Shown here piece by piece: positions 55,497 to 64,000 of a stretch of 64,000 nucleotides of DNA. Where the stretch lies: positions 115,010,001 to 115,074,000 of the forward strand of contig NC_043003.1 in NCBI RefSeq assembly GCF_006345805.1, read 5' to 3'. Below the pieces are notes generated by a model that worked only from the letters and a program-made list of their open reading frames with translations, was not told where the DNA came from and did not search any database. Every line of letters starts with the position of its first letter. The stretch's first letter is position 1. The position numbers were made by a program, and so were the translations under genes. This DNA comes from Octopus sinensis (Eukaryota).

Positions 55497-56489
55497 TCGT
55501 CATCAATTAACTTTAAATGGTGCAGGAGTTTATCGGTGTGCCACTGTAGACGCTTTTGCAGTCAGCCCTCGCCACATTTCTCTGTCATGCGTAGCTGGGG
55601 CGCAGAGTTTTGACGTATCTAGTCCTTGATGTTATCAAATCAGACTCTTCCTATTCCTCTCACTTACGTCTTCACTCATCTGTACCCCCTAAATATGGTT
55701 TGGGCAGTGAGTTGTGATAGAGTACGTTCTAGTACCTGGCAATATTTTGCATTTCACTTGTATGATTAATGATTCCCGTGTGTTTGCCTTCTTAGTGGCT
55801 TGTTGCCTGACAAAGCTATTTGTTTTGTGTTATTTGCGTTGCAGATTTCTTGTGCACTTTTATTCAAATGTCTGGATGCTTCTCTCCCTGCCAGCTGTCA
55901 CACCCATACAGAAACTTACCAGGGAATTGTATACCTTGAGTCTAATCAGAAAACTAAAATAATTGCTTTTCCGCAAAGGTATTGGAAAAGCAGCATGAGG
56001 GGGTACCTTTAGCATGCACACGAGATCCCGAATGGCTTCCACAGATAGCTGTGGAGGTCATAACGTTGCCCGTGTTGCGTACGCTGCAGGTACTCAACGG
56101 GGAATATCGCTTGTGGCCGGGCGATGCCAACACGGCACCCGCCTTGTGCTTGAATGGGGCGTGGGTGATGGCCGAGGATGGGGTCACAAACGATGTTGGG
56201 GAGGAACACGGATGAGTGGTGGAAAAGCCTCAGTGGTATTGAAAGTTCCTAGTTTAGAAAAAAAAGATATGGGGATTAGAGCCTCATTTTATTGGATTAG
56301 GAACAATGTAATAGGTTTGTTGCCACATGAATAACATAAAACATCAATGTTCTGGTGAACGATCGGCGGGCGTCGCTTTTCCTCCCATTAATCATCATTT
56401 TCATTTTTCATTTCATATCACATTATAATTGTGTCCAGCCCGCAGCTTCCTATCTCTGTGTAAGGCCTTTATGGCCAATATAATGAAAT

Positions 56490-56632
56490 AAAAAGCTTCC
56501 TTCCCAACCACATGGTTCTTGGTTTAGTCCCGCTGCGTGGTAACATGGGCAAATGTCTGCTACTGTAGCCTCGCGACGACCAAATACTTGTGTGTGGATT
56601 TGGTAGACAGAAACTGAAAGAAGCTTGTCGTA
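56490..56632 (+). mobile_element. 5' half of a family-B SINE, ending in the (AT)n that hosts the PLE
   Basis: ccaaccacatggtt...gtggatttggtagacagaaactgaaagaagc.tgtcgtata. Confidence 0.75.
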
Positions 56633-56641
56633 TATATATAT

Positions 56642-56773
<132 letters not shown>

Positions 56774-56889
56774 ATATATATATATATTTATAGATAAAAC
56801 GGTAAGATAACAAAAGAAAGAAAGAGACCTCAATATTATGTAAATAGAGGAAATTTATCTATACAATATGTTACATTACTCGGTAGTCA

Positions 56890-56952
56890 AGATAAAACTC
56901 TGAGTTTCAGATGCCGAAGTGGAAATCCACAACACCATCTCTTCGGTTATCT
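56890..56952 (-). ncRNA. Variant type I hammerhead (family D), inverted arm
   Basis: Exact reverse complement of 60287-60349. Confidence 0.65.
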
Positions 56953-57146
56953 GGCTATTTGAAAACGTTATGAAAAAATACCGTTAAAAATTAAGGGAAA
57001 TTACTCTGTTATAACTCTGCTTTGCCTGCGTACTTATACATCGCTCGCATTTTTCGTCATAAAAATTATATAAAAATACATAAAAATATATAAAAATATA
57101 TGAAAATATATAAAATCTTCTTGGGACATAACACAGAAAGCATGTT

Positions 57147-58177
57147 CTATCCGTTTTCTTTAGGGGACCAAAAACGTAACAGAAATTTAGTCACATGTGG
57201 GCATGATCCGAAAAGCTCTGTCCTTGTATTTAGACATGTGGTAGGGTCTAAGCTGCTTTTCCAGATAAGCCATCTCTCCATGTCGCATAAACCGCACCTT
57301 CCGCTGCCGTTAGTATAGGGCTTACATCTGGCCAAAATCTTCCATTGTATGTTATAATCGACACCTTTATCTCTTAAAGACCAAATATGATTGGATAATT
57401 GTGTCGCTTTTCTTTTGTTCCAGTGCCTAAAGCTCAAAGTGTGGTTATTGAACCTGGCCTTGAAATTACCCTCTGTCAGGCCCACGTATTTCTTCGTCGA
57501 AACGGTGTCTTTAGTGGTTATAGAGTTTACGGTAGCTTCATATATGATGGTCTTGGACATGCAAGCTCCATTTAGCGGGCACAGCTGTTTTCTTCTTGTG
57601 TTTTTTGTATGTTATGATTGATTATGTTTTTAAAATTGGTAGTTGAACTAAAACTAATTTTTAAATTGTGTCTATTGAAGAGTTTCCTATAAGCATGGTT
57701 AACTGGAAAATGTCTATCTATCAGTGCTAGGAAATATTTACCTATATTGAAGGCCACCTCGGGTGAGTAAGGGGGCGTAAACCAGATGACCTTCCTATTT
57801 CTATTATTCCTTTTCCTTACTGTTGGGCTGGTGATAGGTGTATATTTTATTTTTTCGCTAAAACCACTATCTTTTAAAGCTTTATTATAAACTGGGGCAA
57901 CGCTATTGAAGATGTCCTCATTAGATGAGAGGCTAGAAATCCTCTTACTAATATTTTTAACTAAATTTTTGAATACTATAGGGGGATGGCATGAACCTAC
58001 ATTAATATAACTTAGTCTATCATTGGGCTTCCTATAAGGCTTATAAATATTATTATTAAGATCTAAGGAAACGTCTAAGAAATTGACAACCGTCAGGTTA
58101 GTGTCTATAGTTATACTAAGTCCGAAGTGTTTCATTAACTGGATAATATCCTTCCTAAAACGATCTTGTGCTGGTCC
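57147..58177 (-). pseudogene. Inverted duplicate of the PLE thumb/linker/GIY-YIG region, frameshifted by a 22-nt deletion
   Basis: Track ORFs 57572-58285 and 57147-57560; lacks tcttgcaggaataaagaattgt relative to the plus copy (tgt microhomology). Confidence 0.9.
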
Positions 58178-59062
58178 AAAGGCTTGCAAGATTTCGAAGC
58201 GGACCTGCTGAAGATCATGAGCAAAATAAAATTTCGTAAGTCTTTTAACGATTTCCAACATAAATTGAAAAAAGATATTAATCATATAAAAAGCTCCAAG
58301 AAAAAAGCACTTTTTTCGGATAAAACCAAGGACTTATACCTGGTAGATAACAGCAAATACACACAACTCTTACACAACAGCATCATTAATAATTATACTA
58401 AGGCTAGGGCACATACATATAACGAAATTAATAAAGAAGCTAGCGTCATCGCCGCTAAACTTAAATTAGATAAAAAAATAGAAACCCTCCCCCAAAAAGA
58501 GGCCTTTATTACTATTAAAGATCACAAAGAAAACTTCCTTTCCAACCCTAAATGTAGGCTTATCAACCCAGCCAAGTCAGAACTAGGGATTATTAACAAA
58601 GAAATTTTAGATAAAATAAATACGAAAATTAAGACCGATACTAGGCTAGTGCAATGGTCCAATAGTATAGAAGTCGTAGACTGGTTTAAAGCTATTAAGA
58701 ATAAGAAAAAAGCGAGGTTTACACAATTCGATATTGTTGATTTTTATGCCTCTATCTCTAAAGAACTGCTAGATAAAGCCCTAATCTTCGCTAGTGACTT
58801 CATAGAAATTAGTACCAATGATAAGGATATAATCTTCCATGCTAGAAAGACATTACTTTTCAGTGAGAATGCAAAGTGGGTAAAAAACACCGACACGGAG
58901 GGCGCTTTCGATGTGAGCATGGGTTCATATGATGGGGCAGGCATCTGTGATCTAATTGGACTCTTTCTCCTAGATACCTTCGGTAAGACATTCCCTAACG
59001 TACATTTCGCCATCTACAAAGATGATGCCCTCGCCTTAACAGCTAATACAAGATCGTTTTAG
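58166..59062 (+). CDS. PLE reverse transcriptase (N-terminally truncated; frameshift near 59048)
   Basis: PKCRLINPAKSELG, FDIVDFYASI, FDVSMGSYDGAGICDLIG, IYKDDAL (YxDD). Confidence 0.92.
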   Translation: MCWSKGLQDFEADLLKIMSKIKFRKSFNDFQHKLKKDINHIKSSKKKALFSDKTKDLYLVDNSKYTQLLHNSIINNYTKARAHTYNEINKEASVIAAKLKLDKKIETLPQKEAFITIKDHKENFLSNPKCRLINPAKSELGIINKEILDKINTKIKTDTRLVQWSNSIEVVDWFKAIKNKKKARFTQFDIVDFYASISKELLDKALIFASDFIEISTNDKDIIFHARKTLLFSENAKWVKNTDTEGAFDVSMGSYDGAGICDLIGLFLLDTFGKTFPNVHFAIYKDDALALTANTRSF

Positions 59063-60092
59063 GAAGGATATTATCCAGTTAATGAAACACTTCGGACTTA
59101 GTATAACTATAGACACTAACCTGACGGTTGTCAATTTCTTAGACGTTTCCTTAGATCTTAATAATAATATTTATAAGCCTTATAGGAAGCCCAATGATAG
59201 ACTAAGTTATATTAATGTAGGTTCATGCCATCCCCCTATAGTATTCAAAAATTTAGTTAAAAATATTAGTAAGAGGATTTCTAGCCTCTCATCTAATGAG
59301 GACATCTTCAATAGCGTTGCCCCAGTTTATAATAAAGCTTTAAAAGATAGTGGTTTTAGCGAAAAAATAAAATATACACCTATCACCAGCCCAACAGTAA
59401 GGAAAAGGAATAATAGAAATAGGAAGGTCATCTGGTTTACGCCCCCTTACTCACCCGAGGTGGCCTTCAATATAGGTAAATATTTCCTAGCACTGATAGA
59501 TAGACATTTTCCAGTTAACCATGCTTATAGGAAACTCTTCAATAGACACAATTTAAAAATTAGTTTTAGTTCAACTACCAATTTTAAAAACATAATCAAT
59601 CATAACATACAAAAAACACAAGAAGAAAACAGCTGTTCTTGCAGGAATAAAGAATTGTGCCCGCTAAATGGAGCTTGCATGTCCAAGACCATCATATATG
59701 AAGCTACCGTAAACTCTATAACCACTAAAGACACCATTTCGACGAAGAAATACGTGGGCCTGACAGAGGGTAATTTGAAGGCCAGGTTCAATAACCACAC
59801 TTTGAGCTTTAGGCACTGGAACAAAAGAAAAGCGACACAATTATCCAATCATATTTGGTCTTTAAGAGATAAAGGTGTCGATTATAACATACAATGGAAG
59901 ATTTTGGCCAGATGTAAGCCCTATACTAACGGCAGCGGAAGGTGCGGTTTATGCGACATGGAGAGATGGCTTATCTGGAAAAGCAGCTTAGACCCTACCA
60001 CATGTCTAAATACAAGGACAGAGCTTTTCGGATCATGCCCACATGTGACTAAATTTCTGTTACGTTTTTGGTCCCCTAAAGAAAACGGATAG
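59050..60092 (+). CDS. PLE RT thumb, Cys-rich linker and GIY-YIG endonuclease
   Basis: VNFLDVSLDL, YKPYRKPND, CSCRNKELCPLNGAC, IIYEATV...KYVGLTEG.LKARFNNH, RCGLC, LNTRTEL..SCPH; frame open from 59050, first ATG at 59082. Confidence 0.93.
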
Positions 60093-60286
60093 AACATGCT
60101 TTCTGTGTTATGTCCCAAGAAGATTTTATATATTTTCATATATTTTTATATATTTTTATGTATTTTTATATAATTTTTATGACGAAAAATGCGAGCGATG
60201 TATAAGTACGCAGGCAAAGCAGAGTTATAACAGAGTAATTTCCCTTAATTTTTAACGGTATTTTTTCATAACGTTTTCAAATAGCC

Positions 60287-60349
60287 AGATAACCGAAGAG
60301 ATGGTGTTGTGGATTTCCACTTCGGCATCTGAAACTCAGAGTTTTATCT
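60287..60349 (+). ncRNA. Variant type I hammerhead (family D) in the PLE 3' UTR
   Basis: 6-bp stem I AGATAA/TTATCT; CCGAAGA; GATG/CATC plus an extra T; GAAA; palindrome AAACTC-A-GAGTTT; GTT triplet. Confidence 0.68.
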
Positions 60350-60455
60350 TGACTACCGAGTAATGTAACATATTGTATAGATATATATATTTATATATCT
60401 AGTGAATGGAAGAAATGGAGCTGAACGAAGATTCTACAGAATTCCTTTTATTACA

Positions 60456-60535
60456 TTCTACACATGTTTCAAAGGCCACAAATTTCCAAATTCGGATTGA
60501 ATAAGGATACCATTTTGCAGCTTTCTCTTCAGGAA
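60456..60535 (-). ncRNA. Type I hammerhead with long stem II
   Basis: TTC-CTGAAGA-GAAAGCTGCAAA...TTTGTGGCCTTT-GAAAC-ATGT-GTA-GAA; lacks C11.1. Confidence 0.62.
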
Positions 60536-61158
60536 AATCCAGGAATTAAAATGTCCAAACAAAACAAAGCGCAGCAAGCAATTCGAACAAAAACGCTCCC
60601 TAGTAGCCCATGGAGTGGCACAAACTATCTCTGACTTCAGGGGGGTGGTGGTGGAGGCCGACGAAAAAGTCCGTTGGAATAAATCGAGGTCAGACCGCGG
60701 TCAAAGCTGGTAGGTGAAGAAATACTGAAAACAAAGGGTGTGAATATATTCTGTGTAACTAATGTTAATGCTCTGAATGTTTTAAGAATTAAGGCTGTCT
60801 TATTTAGGTGCGAGAACCTACCTACATGTATGGCTAGCGTACACATACACATACATGTAGGTAGATTCTCGCACCTAAATAAGACAGCCTTAATTCTTAA
60901 AACATTCAGAGCATTAACATTAGTTACACAGAATATATTCACACCCTTTGTTTTCAGTATTTCTTCACCTACCAGGTTTGACCGCGGTCTGACCTCGATT
61001 TATTCCAACGGACTTTTTCGTCGGCCTCCACCACCACCCTCCTGAAGTCAACGTACATTGAGAGACAGTTTGTGCCACTCCATGGGCTCCTAGGGAGCGT
61101 TTTTGTTCGAATTGCTTGCTGCGCTTTTGTTTTGTTTGGACATTTTAATTCTTGGATT

Positions 61159-61238
61159 TTTCTGAAGAGAAAGCTGCAAAATGGTATCCTTATTCAATCC
61201 GAATTTGGAAATTTGTGGCCTATGAAACATGTGTAGAA
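61159..61238 (+). ncRNA. Type I hammerhead with long stem II, other arm
   Basis: TTT-CTGAAGA-GAAAG...GGCCTAT-GAAAC-ATGT-GTA-GAA; base of stem II damaged. Confidence 0.55.
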
Positions 61239-61456
61239 TGTAATAAAAAGAATTCTGTAGAATCTTCGTTCAGCTCCATTTCTTCCATTCACTAAATATA
61301 TTAAACTTCAATTATCCGCGCTAACGCACGGTTGCGACACCCTATGGTCGTAACCCCAACCTGTTTTTCTGCTGTGATTTTTGCTACCCAGGTATCGGTT
61401 AAACTTTTGAATAATCCGTAACAAGAAAATTCATCTATCCATTTCATCAAATATAT

Positions 61457-61488
<32 letters not shown>

Positions 61489-61502
61489 TATATACATGTA
61501 TA

Positions 61503-61701
<199 letters not shown>

Positions 61702-61721
61702 CAATATATATATATTATGAA

Positions 61722-61980
61722 GAGGCGCAATAGCCCAGTGGTTAGGGCAGCGGACTCGCGCTCGTAGGATCGCGGTTTCGATTCCCAGACCGGGCAGGGG
61801 ATGGTGGCGATCCCTGCTGTACTCTTTCGCAACAACTTTATCTCACTCTTTCTTCTGTTGGCCTGCTCGCTTAGCCAGCGGGGTGGCGTCATTTAAAGGC
61901 TAAAACAATGCGAAGTGCATTGTGACAAGCGATGTGTAGCAACATTTGATAGCCTGGTCGGTCACGGTGATCACGCTGAT
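61722..61980 (+). mobile_element. SINE family A, tail type 2 (internally deleted)
   Basis: Matches 24488-24778. Confidence 0.88.
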
Positions 61981-63697
61981 ATATATTATAATAAAATTTT
62001 GCATTTATTAAATATTTTGAGTGAAATATCTGCAGAGCAAAAATGACAACAGAATTTACATGTCAATCAGTTGACGATCTCCAACAGATTTGGATTTTTG
62101 ATATTATATTGGATTACCTCAACTGATTCACATGTAAATTCCGTAATGTCCTTTTTGTCCTAAAGATATTTCACTCAAAATCTTAAAAAAAATTGCAAAT
62201 TTATTTCATATTACAAGTTTTGTAATTCGTATTGAGAGTAAATTGAATCAATTGTAGGCAATGCTAATTAATTAAAAATTAATTTATATCCATTATGTCT
62301 CTCTACATTCATACATAATATTTGATATTTGTATGGTACATTTATTGAAGAATTATATCTTCATAGTATAATATATTAAACCAGGGTATCTTGGATAAAA
62401 CTATCCCTATGAGAGGTTTATTATATCTTCATGATAACCACGCACACACACATATACACGCAGAGTTAAGTGTTCAAGTAATGGTGGGGATGAAGATGGC
62501 ATTCATGGTGATGGCGAAGCTGGATGCAAAGATGATATAGATGAGGAAATGGAAATGTTTATAAACGTGTAAAGATATCATTGATTACAATGAAATTCTC
62601 CTCTCTCTCTCTCTCTTCGCCTAATCCTGCTGATCCTCTTCATCATCATCTCTGCCATCTTTTCTTTGATAGATTCAATCTATTTAGTTACTCAAACCTC
62701 TGTTCTTGCGATTTCATTGTTTATGTTTGTACATTGGACTATTTTGCCGCTAGAAACAGCAGCAACATCTCCTAACTATAGTAGCTTACCCATCTACTAG
62801 TTAGAAAGCAGAAACTACATTTGAACGTGTAGTGGTGGTAAGGACAAAGATACCTGATGGGCAGGAATGAAAGCTTTTCATCACAAGATTAGTCAAACAT
62901 ACCTAACATACACATTCGATTGATGTTCACAATAATATAATCTTACATATGATATAAAATTCCTAATACCTGTGTCTCTTTTCTAGAATATTTTAATGTT
63001 TTACAATCATCATATAACACACATTATATACATCTCTCTCTCTCTCTCTCTCTTTCCCTCTTCATATATATATATATATTATATATATATATATACATAC
63101 ATACACATACGTACATGCAAAATTATACATTATGCGAACAACAGCTGCAATTCTTAAAAGTAATATCTCGTTTTGATGTTTTGCATTATTCAGGTGTTAA
63201 GTAACCTTTCAAGACTAGCTTTAAGAACACCAGTCTTCGATCGACCGTTCCCCATCTCCCTCCCCCTCTCTCTCTTCCTCCTTCCCCTATTCCCTTCCCT
63301 CCCTCACTCTCCCCCCACACACATATATATAATTTCCTTCTGCGCCTATCCTTCCTTGTGCGTCTTAGCCTCTCTTTATCTGTGCATGCGTTTCATGTTC
63401 TTATTCATTTATTCTTAATGTCTTTTTTTTCCTGTCTTCTAAAGCATTCAATATATTTTTACACTTTGCATCTAAAATATCATTTCCTGCATATACATGG
63501 ATCCAGATAAAAGAAAAATGGTGTCTGATTACTTTTGAAATTTTAAGAATTCTAGAATTGTTTTACCATTTTTCTTGCGTCATTTTATTTTGAATTTTTA
63601 TTTTTAAACATTTTATTCTTTGAAAATTTTAAAACGAGTTCCTCAATACTAGGAGAGTGGATACTGTACTTTATTGCTACGTCTATACATCATTTGT

Positions 63698-64000
63698 GCT
63701 TTCCATGTATTTTAGCTGCCCCTACGCATGTAGGCGGATGTTTGGCTGCCGGTCGCCTTCCATGTATTTTAGCTGCCCCTACGTATGTAGGCGTATGTAT
63801 GGCTGCCGGTCGCTTTCCATGTATTTTGGATGTCCCTATGTTCTTAGGCGGATGTATGGCTGCCGGTCGCTTTCCATGTATTTTAGCTGCCCCTAAGTAT
63901 ATAGGCGTATGTATGGCTGCCGGTCGCTTTCCATGCATTTTAGCTGCCCCTAAGTATGTAGGCGGATGTATGGCTGCCGGTCGCTTTCCATGTATTTTGG
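63698..64000. repeat. 57-bp minisatellite, at least 5.3 units, running off the window end
   Basis: ttccatgtatttt recurs at 63701, 63758, 63815, 63872, 63929 and 63986. Confidence 0.95.

Larger units (their letters stand above)
56790..60383 (+). mobile_element. Penelope-like element (tentatively Naiad-type), 5'-truncated, with a ~1.4-kb inverted copy of its 3' part
   Basis: RT and GIY-YIG ORFs on plus; 56856-58177 is the reverse complement of about 59048-60383; HHR at both ends; (AT)n flanks. Confidence 0.95.
60401..61453 (-). mobile_element. Fold-back PLE derivative (arms 60401-60830 and 60852-61293, 21-bp spacer, ~160-bp one-sided extension), related to 18156-19781
   Basis: Near-perfect 430-bp inverted arms; HHR region and extension align to the 18-kb element; AT-rich or (AT)n flanks. 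Confidence 0.88.

Noticed and set aside
56790-58177. Inverted PLE arm as a pure assembly duplication
   Set aside because: The arm differs from the direct copy (I/V and L/F codons, 22-nt deletion, extra GPA codons, ~65-bp extension), and the same tip arrangement recurs at 22810.
59082-60250. Selenoprotein-type PLE (UGA at Cys positions plus SECIS), as reported for some Naiad elements
   Set aside because: All conserved Cys codons are TGT/TGC, the ORF has no in-frame TGA, and I could not fold a SECIS in the 3' UTR.
63698-64000. CRISPR-like array
   Set aside because: Variable parts are point variants of one unit, not unique spacers; eukaryotic context; no cas genes.

Overview
AT-rich, microsatellite-saturated animal genomic DNA. 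The SINE repertoire looks like an octopus or other coleoid cephalopod (inference from remembered repeat families, not a database search). There is one 100-N scaffold gap at 50644-50743. No host gene can be named; only a few weak exon or promoter candidates exist, and almost all ORF-track entries are microsatellite artefacts. The window is mostly mobile DNA: tRNA-derived SINEs of three head types, RTE, CR1, R4/Dong-like and HERO-like LINE fragments, Tc1 and mariner remnants, a MITE with an 8-bp TSD, and a non-autonomous Helitron. The dominant unexplained signal is a Penelope-like element (PLE) and hammerhead ribozyme (HHR) system. I can fold 18 type-I HHR-like motifs by eye, from about 10 families; nearly all have a palindromic or minimal stem III of the dimer-dependent type. 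They occur in four contexts: (i) a near-complete RT+GIY-YIG PLE with a 1.4-kb inverted arm; (ii) fold-back PLE derivatives with reproducible termini; (iii) two related, circularly permuted ~560-570-nt non-coding HHR units resembling copies of a circular (retrozyme-like) RNA; (iv) a tRNA-headed Pol III SINE carrying an HHR in its 3' part. Coordinates were counted by hand and may be off by a few nt. No ribozyme activity has been demonstrated.
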